From NCBI RefSeq assembly GCF_009914755.1, contig NC_060925.1: DNA of 64,000 bases; one strand, 5' to 3'. This stretch comes from the human T2T-CHM13v2.0 reference genome, Homo sapiens. The notes beneath the pieces were generated by a model. The model was not told where the DNA came from, did no database searches, and saw nothing but the letters and a program-made list of their open reading frames with translations. How positions within the stretch are numbered: the first letter of the stretch is position 1; every line of letters starts with the position of its first letter. Both the position numbers and the translations under genes were made by a program. Shown in pieces: positions 42,375-54,261 of the stretch.

Positions 42375-44335
42375 TTGAGAGGCATTCATGAGGTGATAGT
42401 GGCTCATTGTAGTTAGAGCCAGACTTGCAGGCTGTGTTAAGCATGGGTATCATCTGGGCTGGGAGAAGGGTGGGAGCTCACGCTTTGCCAACCACATGGC
42501 ACAGTCAGCAACAGTGCTCTCCAGCTGACCAAACGTGCTGTCACCTCAGGCTGGTCCCATGAAGAAAATTATAGAATCCTGGTCGTGATCACAAGACAGT
42601 GGGGATATTTGCTTTTTGTTGACGCAAGAACCGAAACTAAACAGAAAAATGTGTCTGGCTTTGAATTGGGTCCTTCTGGCAAGCAATGGAGAAACACTGG
42701 GAAGCGGGAAGGAGCAGCTAGCCAGGAGTTGGTGTCAGGGGTGACAGGTGCCTTCAGCGGTCATTGTACCTGTGGCTTTGGTGCCACTGTGATTTCCTGG
42801 CAGGATGGCTGGCTCAGCCATAGAAACTCCCCTTTCTATCTTTGACCTTTGATAATCCAGTAGCTAGAATGTTGGCTGCACGTTTTTCAAACAAGCCATA
42901 AGCTTCTAGGTCTCCAGGTCCTGCCTTGTTACATTCCCCCCACCCTAGACACCTTCTTCTCCCACCTCCCCCTGTACTGCTGGGAAGTCCTGATCATTTT
43001 TCAAAGGCCAATCCTGTATTACCTATTCTGTGGAACTTCTCCTACATGCTCTCCTCCCTGGCCGAGGATGGCAGTTCCTCCTCCAGCTCCTGTTATACCA
43101 TCACACAGGAGCATGCATTATACAATATGGCTTTATTGTTGCATATTTGTGTTTTCTTTCTTCTTGATCCCAGTTTTCTACTTCTGTTTTATGGTTTTCA
43201 GTCTTTATATGGCATTCTTTCCAACCATTACAGAAGGGGATAGGATATAACAAACCAAAATGTAGCTCTAACATTTCCTTCTTTACTTTCTTTTCTGCCT
43301 TTCTCCCTCCTTTTCTCCTTTCTATTCTTCCTCCTTCACATGTTTTTGAACCGTTGTTTCAACATGTGATTTGCTTGCCTGGTCGATTTTTAGTTCCCGG
43401 AGGATATTTTGTTTAGGACAGGACCTGGCCCTCTTAGGTGCTCGATAAATATCTCTTGATTGAATTAGTAGCAGTGTGCTGTAGGGCTGCCCTACTGAAA
43501 TGACAGGCACTAGGAAATGGCTAGAATCTCTCACATTTAACCACAAGGTTTGGAAGATGCCTTGTATGCATTAACTCTCAGCACCATTCTCAGTGGAGGT
43601 AATTATTTTCAGTAGCATTATCAGCTGGCTTATTAATAAGAGTGCCAGCAGGAGACAGATGACATACTCAAAAGTGGGCAATTTGAGAGAATTTAATCAA
43701 GAGACCACTCATAAATGTGCAGGCAGGATATAGGAAAATCACAAGGCGATGGTGCAGTATCCCAGGTGAAGGGACTCAGTCATCACCCCTAGGCCTGAAA
43801 GGTTTACCTTAGGAGTGCAGAATCACAGGAAGGAGCAGAAACTGTTTAGAGCAGGCTTCCAGAAGATGCAGCCAATCTGCAGCGACCCTTGGGAGAGAGT
43901 GGGGAGAATCAGCACCCTGGCCTCCCTCTTCTCCTCTCCCTCTCCAGGCTGCTGACACTGTGTCCTGGATCTGAATGCAAGTACAAGTCAGAGGCATGAA
44001 ACCCACTGGAGTCAGTTTCCCTGGCCCAGAGCAGAGTAGAGAAGGGTAGAGAACAGGTCTGGAGGAGCAACTGGAAAGCAGACAACAGAGCTGGCCTGGA
44101 GGAGTCTTGCCATGTCGTGATTCTCTGACACTAGCAGGCTTCTTTTATCAGCATCATACTGAGTGTTGTAAGAATGTATATTAAAACAGTGAGGCCTGAA
44201 GAGGGAGAAAGGCAAAATAATTTGTCCCGTTTTAAATGTTTAGACAGATAATCACCAAGACTCTTCTAAAGCCTGGAAACTACTCTGATACGCCTTTTAA
44301 TGTGACTTTGACAGAAGCAATTTCTCTGTTTCTAG

Positions 44336-44513
44336 AAGGAAATTCTGCTCACATGTTCTTCTGGGCACTGGGACCAGAATGTGAGCTGCCTTCCCGTGGA
44401 CTGCGGTGTTCCCGACCCGTCTTTGGTGAACTATGCAAACTTCTCCTGCTCAGAGGGAACCAAATTTCTGAAACGCTGCTCAATCTCTTGTGTCCCACCA
44501 GCCAAGCTGCAAG
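44336..44513 (+). CDS. PAPPA2: PAPPA2 coding exon (178 nt, phase 0->1), end of CCP1 and start of CCP2: [59 protein letters not shown](G)
   Basis: Acceptor tttctctgtttctag| and donor AAG|gtattg. Contains the LTC-x-x-G-x-W CCP motif. Confidence 0.96.
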
Positions 44514-44939
44514 GTATTGTCTGGTCAACCAGGAACTGTATGCAAGTTCTCTGCCATCCCTCGCTCTTGAGGGTACTTTGGGACTCTTTTCGTTACCCCA
44601 ACACCTTTCCTATTTGCTCCACTGTGTCACCATCTTCTGATAACTCCAGAAAAGTCCCAAAAGGCAACACCACTCTTTGTCCCCAACTACTTGAAAGGAT
44701 GCACTGGCTCAGGTTCTAATGAATGAAGGAATCTTAGACTTTCCTCTATTTTTATTTGACAGTGTGTACCCCAGAGGCAAGCCTACTGGAATGGTTGTCC
44801 TGATAATATTCATAATCAAGATACACTTTATTGTGCACATTTTAAAATTTAATATTTACAGCCATCCTTTGAGCAATGTGTGAATTTGTCCCTGGCTTTA
44901 GTGCTGGTTAGAGATGAAGATGGAGTGGAGCCTGCTCTA

Positions 44940-45102
44940 GCTGATGGCTTCTCAGACTTTGGTGTGCCTAACAATGACTCAGGAGGCTTGCTATAATTGC
45001 AGATTCCTGAACCTTTCTCCAAGAGATTCTTGCTTAGTGAGTCTGGGGTGAGATAATGATGTTATGGTGAATAGTCCATGGACTGCATTCGGAGAAACCA
45101 TG
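44940..45102. mobile_element. MER5-type MITE
   Basis: cttctcagactt...gcagattcctg...gagattct...gtctggggtg...gagaaacca. Confidence 0.6.
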
Positions 45103-45109
45103 AATTGTA

Positions 45110-45365
45110 CTAAGGCATATGGTATAGTGTTTAAATACAGAACTCTTCATCCAAACTGCCTCTGTTCAAACCGTGATTCTGCCCCTTACTAGTTCGGGCA
45201 AGTTACCGATCCCCAATTTCCTGATCTGCATAATAGGGGATAATAATAGGATCTATTTCATAGGGTTGTTTGAGGTTTGAAATTTACACACGTTAATACA
45301 TGTAAAATGCTTAGAATAGTGCCTGCCATATAATAAGCACTATAAAAGTGTCATCTACTATTATT
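45110..45365. mobile_element. MIR SINE
   Basis: gggcaagttac...tttcctgatctgcataatagggataataatag...tgcttagaatagtgcctg. Confidence 0.75.
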
Positions 45366-45695
45366 TTAATGCTTTCTATGATAACATCACTGCTATATTT
45401 TTATTATATGTAGGTAGGAAAAGAAGTAATGATTTAGTTGGTAGCCCTTCTTTCATTTGGGTCAAGAAAGATTTATCTGACCTCTGTTTTATGTAAGAGC
45501 ATCACACTGGATGCTCTGTAAGTAAAAAGATGTAGGACTAACATTTGATGTGGGATTTTTGAGATGCTACTCAAGAAAGAATAATATGACTTTTGAAAGG
45601 CACCAGTAAGTTCAGAGGTTTTTATTTCATCTGCTATGATTATCTTTCTGGGCTCTCTGTTCTGAGCATCTTGTGCTTCTCTTTCCTGGAGTCAG

Positions 45696-45909
45696 GACTG
45701 AGCCCATGGCTGACATGTCTTGAAGATGGTCTCTGGTCTCTCCCTGAAGTCTACTGCAAGTTGGAGTGTGATGCTCCCCCTATTATTCTGAATGCCAACT
45801 TGCTCCTGCCTCACTGCCTCCAGGACAACCACGACGTGGGCACCATCTGCAAATATGAATGCAAACCAGGGTACTATGTGGCAGAAAGTGCAGAGGGTAA
45901 AGTCAGGAA
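45696..45909 (+). CDS. PAPPA2: PAPPA2 coding exon (214 nt, phase 1->2), end of CCP2 and start of CCP3: (G)[70 protein letters not shown](N/K)
   Basis: Acceptor ctctttcctggagtcag| and donor AA|gtaagt. Contains LTCLEDGLW and [12 protein letters not shown] motifs. The next exon lies beyond the window. Confidence 0.96.
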
Positions 45910-46839
45910 GTAAGTTGAATGTTCCTGGTCTTTGGAGTTCTACCTACCTCGCTGCTTGTTATGTTTGTTTTTCTGTATAATCTCTCTTTACCTGCAGGGC
46001 TATATTCTCCAGTCATGACAGGCAGGCAACCTGCTGTGCTTTCTGTAAATATATTCTCTCCAATAGAAGATCCCACAGTCTCACTTGCATACTTTTTAAA
46101 ATAATTTCTGCCCTAATGATCGCTTTTCTTGAAAGTAAGAGTTAGCAGCGTCTCAGGTGTTATATGTGTTACCTGAATCCAACTCTGTGCCTGCATATAC
46201 TCATCAGTCCAGTTTACAATTGCAGGCCTGGCCTGGTCCCCAGTGCAGACACTTATGAGCTGTGGATATTGGGAAGTTTCCTTTCTCTGCCTCAATTTTC
46301 TTTCTGTAAAAAGGAGATGATGATTAAAAATATCCGCCAGTTAGGGCTGAGGTAGGAACTAAATGAATTATATCAATCAAACATAAAATTCAGTAAATTT
46401 ATTTTAAAAATATAAAACTCAACTCATTTTGGCTATTAATATTGTTATTATATCTTTCTCCTTTCTTCTTCCTGAATTTTACGTATGTGCACTCCTAGAC
46501 CCATGGCAAGAAACACTTTTCCTCCAATGTCGTGGGGGATCCGAAAGAACAAAAGCTTTATAATGTAATTTAAGAGGAAAGGCTTCCAAGAGAGTCATCT
46601 TGGGGTTCAAATCCTCATCTCCCCTTTATCAGCTGAGTAACCTCAAGCAAGTTACTTAACTCTTTGGGTCTTGGTCTCCTTCCTTCCTTCTAGGTCTCAT
46701 TCTTATCCTTTTAAGTTTAGAATAATGCTTGCATCCATGTTGAGTTGAAGGATAATTCAACCTTCAACTCAATATCCAACTCAAGGTTAACTCAATATCC
46801 AGCCCAGTGCCTGGCTTGTGCCAATTACTCAATAAATGG

Positions 46840-46932
46840 TTTCAGAAAAAGAAACTTTTTCTGAGTGAACGAAAAGCTTTCAGGAAAAGAAACTTTTTCT
46901 GAGTGAACAAAAAGCTTTCAGGAAAAGAAACT
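46840..46932. repeat. 38 bp tandem repeat, ~2.4 copies, with internal hairpin
   Basis: Unit tttcagRaaaagaaactttttctgagtgaacRaaaagc. Confidence 0.9.
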
Positions 46933-48769
46933 CCTTGCATTTAGGAAATAGTAGCTATTCTTTCTCTACCGTAAATTATGTAGCTACAAGAGAAAACCAA
47001 ATCTGTTTCTTACCTAGCACTTAGTTGAAAGCCTGTTGATATGTATTCTTCTAAGATTTTGTTTTTGAACTAACAAAATCCTAGCCATGGTATTACCAGT
47101 GGTGCCAGGGCATACAACCTTTGCTTGTAAGCTAGGATGGTCTAAAGGGACAGAAAAAAATATCAGGAAACTATCTGACTCACATTTACCCTTTCTCTAG
47201 TTGATCTCTCAACCATGTTAACATTTGGCCATTAGAGCAATGGCCTCTCCCAGGGCCTTCCACTCTAGAAAAGGCCCAGGCTCATATGTGGGAGGGGAAG
47301 ACCAAGCCCATACCCTGCCCTTTCCACCAGAGGGAAGGGCCAGGCTGATTAGAACATAAACAATACTGATGAAAAATTCATAGGAGGCAACACTCCCTGG
47401 TTCAGTGGGCTCTAGCAGGTGTAGTAAACAGTTTTTGACAACCAAGAGCACATTTGCATGTGATTTTCATAGCATCTAGAGGCAATTTGCATAGGCATGC
47501 ACTGATAGACAGTGAGTACCCAGGTAATCTTCAAGTGAAAATGTTACTACAATTACCCTGAAGGCTGCTGTTTTCTTGCTTTTTTTCTCTCTAGTCTTGC
47601 CTCTTTTTTTTACACACCAGCAGCCACCTCAGATATCTGCAGAATAGTGCCATGAAGAATAAATGACCAGGGGGCCAGAGAAATGTCTTAGGACCAGGAG
47701 GAATTAAAGACAGCAAGATCATCACCAGTTTTCTGGGCCATGTCTCAGCTTTATGTTGGGAAAAAACGAGGCCTCCACCCAGAACTCTGGGTGGAGTTCT
47801 GGGTTTGAGGGGCATTTGTGGACACAGCTTTTCTGACTGAGAAAGTGGATGCTTGCATCACAATGTCAGCATCAGTTTGGGCTTAAACGTTGACATTCAC
47901 AAGCACCATTCTGAGGAAAGATTAAATTATTTACCACGTTATGTAAGCTGATTAAATCTTAGTTTACATCTGTTTACATAGCAGGTGGCGGATTGGTAAT
48001 CAGAAGTTTGCAAGTCTGGCATAAATCACTGCCACTTGCTGCTCATGTTTACTCAGTGAACTATGTCAGCCTGGTTCCTTGTATGTGGAAAAAGCCCAGC
48101 ATTGTACAAATGAGGCCCTCAACTTCTTTCTATGATATGCAAGCACAAAGAGAAGAAATTGAGAAAAGCAGAAGGGAAATCAATCCAGAGAGAATGGGCA
48201 CATGCTAATTTTATGCTACTGTACAGTGTAGTAAAACAAACAAACAAACAAACAAAAATTTGGGAGTTATATTTGAAACTTGCTGGGCATGACCCTGAGC
48301 AAAATACTCAACATCCATGTATCTCAGTTTTTGCATCTATAATATGTGAAGTAGTAACTATTTCTATCCAACAATGTTGTTTTGAGGCTGAATGTCAGGT
48401 AATGTCGTGAAAGCATTTTACAAACTTTGAAGTTCAATACACATGCTATGTATTTTCAATACATATGCTATATTACTTTTTGTTCATCTTTTTTTTAAAG
48501 GAAGGAAACAATTACTAAAATATCAGCCAAATACATTCCCTTCCTGCTTCTTTTCAAGTCCATAGTTTCAAGACAAAAGAATGATAAGTGCTGGATTTGA
48601 CTTCCTCTGATGTCCCTGTTCCAGCTTTGTCTCATTCTACCCAGGGATGGCACGGATGGCATATTCATCCCCTGCATGCTCTATGCCAGTCTCTGGGTTA
48701 GGAATAAAGACAGACACATAAATAAGACCTGGGCTGTCCAATCTTAAAAATGGAGTCAGGATCTTTATT

Positions 48770-49995
48770 ATAGTGTTTTGGCCACACCTTCCTTCTTGAA
48801 ACTCTTCTTCCTTGATTCTCTTCCATCTTGCTCCCTGATTGATGTTCCTTCTTCCTGTCTGTCCACCCTTGATTTCCTTTTCTAGCTTTTTTTCCTTTGC
48901 CTATTTCTTTAAAATTGATGTTTCTCTGAGTTCTCTTTTCCAACTTGTCAGGCATGATGCTCATTCACCCTGTAGCCTCAGTTACCATCTGCATGCTGAT
49001 GATTCCTAAATTCATACCTGCCACTATAGTATCTTCCCTTAAGGGCCATAAGGCCCATAAGACCAACTGCCTATGGATATTGCTGCTTGGATATCGTGTC
49101 TACATCTCAAACTCTTAACTATGCAAAACAGAGCCTATTATAATTCCTTTCAAATATGCATATCTTTCTGTGTTCCATGAAGCTGGTTGAACCGGGTGCC
49201 TGCACATCACCTGAGACTCCTCAGCGCCCTTTACCTTCTCTCAAATCAGTTATCAACTCTGAGTGTCATTATCTTACTGACTCAGATATGCTTGTTTCTC
49301 TCCATCCCTGCTGCCAAGTCTCTATAATAGACTATTATCATTTTTCACCTCTGAACTGATCTTTCTGTCTCCAGTCTTTTCTCCTTCAACATATTCACCA
49401 CTTTGCAGCAAAAATGGCCTTCAAAAAACTCAAATCCAATTATGTTATTTCCCCGCATGAAAATGAATGACCAGCCTACCTGCCACTCTATTTAAGGGGA
49501 AAAAGTTGAATATTAAGATAGTTTCAGTGTCTGCACAATCTAGCAGGGCTTCGCTTACTTCTCCAGCCTCATTGCTCACTATCTTCCCTGGCAGACCCTT
49601 CAGCTCTTACACAACCTTCTTAGCATAGGCTCTAATACTACTGGACTTCTTTTATATCTTCGTGGAAGCCGTGGCAGTTAGGGCCTTCAGACATGGAATT
49701 CCTTCTTCCCAGAGCTCTCCGTGACAGTGACCTTTTGCTTGACTAACTCCTACTCTCTTATTTTTAGTGCAGGTATGATGTTGTCCAGGAAGCCTACCAG
49801 GTCTCCCTAGACTGTAGGACTCCTCTCATAGGCTGCCATTGTACACCAAACTTCTCTGATGATATCACTTATCTCACTGATTACAAATGATCTGGTTACT
49901 CATCTATATTCACGAATAGACCATGAATATTTTGCTTAGCATCGTGTGCCCAGTGACTAGCTACTTATTGGCAGGTATTCAATACTTTCTAAATG
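48770..49995 (+). mobile_element. L2 LINE remnant
   Basis: CT-rich; ttaccatctgcatgctgatgattcc, catctcaaactc; ends ...ggtattcaata. Confidence 0.65.
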
Positions 49996-50315
49996 GGTAA
50001 AAGCATTGCATTTATAAGCAAACTTATGATAGAATTTTGATGTTAAAGTTGATGCTAAAAATAGTAAAGGAAAGGAGAGGTTTTTCTTATGCGGTGATAG
50101 AGATCCCTGTTTCAAATGCTTTAGAGTGAATGAGAACTTTAAACATATATAAGTAATTTTTTTCTAACAATTATCTCAACAACATAGAAAGAAAGCTCAT
50201 TCTTCAAAGACAGTTTCAATTTTATTTATTCAACAGACATTTATGCCTGATTAGTACCACTCTATGCAAGTTAATGGTAACAGAAAAACGATTACCTCTC
50301 AACAAGCTCACCAGA

Positions 50316-50497
50316 ACAATGCTTCTCATACTTGGCTGCTCATGAGAATCACCCAGGGAGATTTAAAAAATCCTAATGTCCAGATCACACCCCAAACCAA
50401 TTACATCAGAATCTCTGGGGGTGGGGCCCAGACATCAGTATTTTCCAAAGCTCCCCAAGTCGCTACCATGTACAGCCAAGGTCAAGAAGCACTGGTC
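50316..50497. mobile_element. MER5A-type MITE
   Basis: gcttctca...agaatcacccagggag...catcagaatctctgggggtggggcccag...aagctcccca. Confidence 0.8.
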
Positions 50498-52547
50498 TAG
50501 TCGAACTTTTGATCCTGTTAGATTAACATCAGTTATGAGATTTTGACTTTCCTGAAAGATCCAGAATAAGATTTTTCTCTTTTTAAAATTTTTGTAGCAA
50601 CACTTTTGCATGGTAGATTTTAACACGTCTCTGAGACTTTTTTATTTTTGAAGGTAATAGAGAAAATGTAAGCAGAATTGTAACTCCAAGGAGGTTGTAA
50701 AGTATATGTAGTTTCAGGAGTTCTTTCCTCCTCACATTGTATAATAGGCACAAACTCTCTTTTAAGACCCTTTCTTTTTTCCTCCCATGCAATTTACTTC
50801 CACATACACATCATCATTAATCACTCCTCTGCTGTTTCATTAACCTGATTTCCTGGGAAGCTAAAGTAAGTGTGTTTGACTTGTATTTTGTCAATAAAAC
50901 CATATTATATTCTCCCTTATCTTTCACTTCCATGGTTGCCTTTTTCTCATTATGTGTTATCTTTGTGTGAAGGTTAGGTTAACGTCATTAGAGCCCATAA
51001 TTAATTTAACTTCTAAACGATTCAAACCTTCCAACTTTAGTTAGTCAATCTCTGTTTCTATAAGTCACTCGTCAAGATGCCATCTGTGGGGTGCTATAGT
51101 GTCAGATCTTCTTGTGGGTAATTGTAAACATCCATCCTTTCTGAGGGTTGCCCACAGCATCAACTTTTCCAAAGTACGTAAATCTGTTTAAGTTCTATAA
51201 ACACAAATGAAGGTCAAGGCTGAAATTAATAGGCCCCACATTGTGACTATTTATTGTTTAACAAATGTTTGGTTGGTGAATGCCTTTAGTGGAGCCTTGT
51301 CTGACCTAAATTGGGGGAGAGCCTGAGATGGGCTGGAGCTGGGCATGTGTGTTTGACCCATTTCCACACACACAGAAAGATTGGTGTGGCAGAGTGTTAA
51401 AAAGCTTAAAGGCTGGGCTCTGTTCTGTTGGGTATTGATGAGGATGACTGTGGTGATGATGATTTGTCACTATGTGCTATATATGCTAAGTATTTTGTAC
51501 ACAATACCCCATAATTTCTCATAACAGTAATACATTTTATCCTTAACAAAATAATAGTATAGTAAAATATATTATTATATAATAGTATATAATTTGATAT
51601 AGTAATTATAATATTTTAGTGTATTATTATTATCCCCTATTATAGATGAGGAAACTGAGATTCAGTGTGGTTAAGTAGCCTGCCCATGATCACTCAGCCA
51701 ATAAATGGTAAAATTAGGATGAAAACCATTCTGACTCCAAAAACTGTGCTATTGGCTAAAAATGCTTTTAGTTTCAGCAAATCACTTCATTTCTCTCAGC
51801 CCTTTCCTGCATTTGTAAAATAAAGGGAAATAATTGAGTGATTTCTAGCTCCAAACGTTTCTATTTTATTTTCTATCTCAACAGAACCAATGAGAAGAGC
51901 AACACTTTGGTAAAACATCATTGCGAGAAGTGGTAGATACATAACAATTTATTACCATCAGAAAAAAAGCAGTGATATATTAAAACACAAATGCTGCACA
52001 GACATGGACTTAGTAGACAGTATTTAGGGCACTGTTAGAGTAATACTTGGTGAACTTTTGGTCCGCATGAACAGCCAAGGTTTTGTTCTTTCCTTCTTGA
52101 TGGGTTTTGGTCCATTGTTTTCCATTCACATTCAAGGAGACTGGGTCTAGTTCTCCCTTGAAGACAGAATATTGGGAAAATTTTTTTGGAATTTCTAGAA
52201 TTAAGTTTTAGAATTAAACACATCCCTAAAACTTCTAAAGAAGGTAATGTAGTCAAATGGCTAAGAAGGGTTTTCTTAGTCCAAGATTTATCTCCTCATT
52301 TACTGGTTAATTATACAGGCTCTGGCATTATTGAGATCTAAATTTGAATCTCAACTCCGCTATTTATTAGCTTTTTGACCTTGAGCAAGTTACTGATCTG
52401 TAGTGAACATCATTATTCTAATTTACAGGATAGAAATAATAGGTGTACTTACAGGTTTTTGTAAGGAATAAATGAGATAATAGATGGAAAGAACTGAGCA
52501 AAATTTTTGGTCATATTAAGCTTCAGTTTATCAACACTGCTGCTGTT

Positions 52548-52597
52548 TATCATCATCACCATCATCATTATCATTACCATCATCATCATCACCATAA
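52548..52597. repeat. (CAT)n degenerate trinucleotide repeat
   Basis: catcatcaccatcatcattatcattaccatcatcatcatcacc. Confidence 0.9.
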
Positions 52598-54205
52598 TAA
52601 TTTCTACCAGGTTAATGGCTCTTACAAAATAACTGTTGCTGTTTGAGCTATCCTTCTGGTGCAATAGGGAAATTTCTTCTTTAACAAGGAGTATACTCAG
52701 CTACATTTTTGTCACTGGCCACTGTCTCCCATCTGTTGTTGGTTCCTATGCTAAAAACAAAACAAAACAAAACAAATTAAAAAAAAAAAAAAGCACAGAG
52801 TCCAGGAAGACTGGAATTGGCATTCGAGGTCAGAGGTACAGGTCTTCAATTACCAGCAGAAAAAGTGCATTTCCCTTGCCTATAAAAGAAAACACACCAA
52901 AATAGAAACTTTATTAAATTAAAAAAAAATGTACTATTCTCCCCCAATTAGTACACTCTCTGTCTGCTTTATATCATCCTGCTGACAACTCAAGTACTAC
53001 AGTGGCTTCAAATAGATCAAGGAAAATAGGGGAAAGAGGGGGAAAAAGAAACAAAATAATCAGCAAGATAGATCTGGTCATAATTTAAAAAATTAGGATG
53101 AGCAAATAAAGTCAGGCTGGTCTGGAAGGAGAAGGGCAAGGGCATGTCCTGGAGACATTACCCAGATTTTTAGGCTCTTGATCTTTTTGAACCATAGCTT
53201 GAAACTCTGGAAGATTCAAACTGATTTTATCCTATCCTAGGAAGGGAAAGAAAGACTTGGTTAATAAACTGAAAATGTGCAGCTAAGGCAAGCTAAAACT
53301 CATTAAGTATCCTGGATTCATAGCTTTTAAAAAATTATAAAAGTAATCTACCTAATTGTTAAGCTCTGTGTCATAGCGGTGTGCCTATACATTAATGAAT
53401 AGGTGCTAAACCTATACACTTATATACACATGTTCTATCTATGATTGCTCAAGGAAAGAACACACATTAATCTCTATGTACACTCATGTATCTGTGAGAA
53501 ATAGAAATTTGTTTTCTTTCCAATAAGACCTTGCCTGGCTTTATAATTAGTGTTTATAGTAAATACCTTCAAAATTTATCCTTGAAATCCTCAAATATCT
53601 TGCCATTGTAGGATAATGTGTGCTTCAGGCTAATTTATTAAAGCCCCTTTTGGCTTCACAGTGATTGAATCTCTGCCCCAAGACTTAGCCATTCACATAC
53701 ACACCTGGGTGCAGGCCAGATCTTGACTGCGGGCTACAAGGGGCCTGGTGACTGGCATCCATGCTCTCACTTCAAACTCAGCCCCTGTTGAATTCATAAA
53801 TTTCCCTATTAACTTCAACCTCAAACTAGAGAGCATCATATTGTAAAACTTTCTGTTTTATATTGACTGCTAATATCTATTAATCAGAGTACATTTTTAA
53901 AAACTTGAGTAAGAGCTTAATTGTTTTATATAAACCAGTAGGACTTTATTCAACCTGTAACTTCACCCCCTGCTGCTCTTTCTGGTCTTCGTTTGTCCTA
54001 CTCCTCCTGTGTCTCTGGCTCACCCTTTCTTCAAGCCCATTGAGTGAACATTTTGGTTGTGGTTTTGCTTTTGCTCTCTAGTGATGGGGTCAAGCCAGGC
54101 CAAACTGATTCATAAACTGTCTCCTGAGGGATTCTGGGTGGGACAGAAATACGAAGAATTAAGTAGGGTGGAGAAAATGAGCAGAATGTTAACATTCCAT
54201 ACTCA

Positions 54206-54206
<1 letters not shown>

Positions 54207-54261
<55 letters not shown>
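54207..54261. repeat. (CA)n(GA)n compound microsatellite
   Basis: About 18 CA followed by about 9 GA. Confidence 0.95.

Noticed and set aside
44236-44719. Overlapping ORFs extending beyond the CCP exon
   Set aside because: Only 44336-44513 is bounded by splice sites and CCP-like; the rest is an alternative frame or intron read-through.
46840-46932. Palindromic direct repeats resembling a CRISPR array
   Set aside because: Head-to-tail tandem copies without unique spacers, in human DNA with no cas genes.
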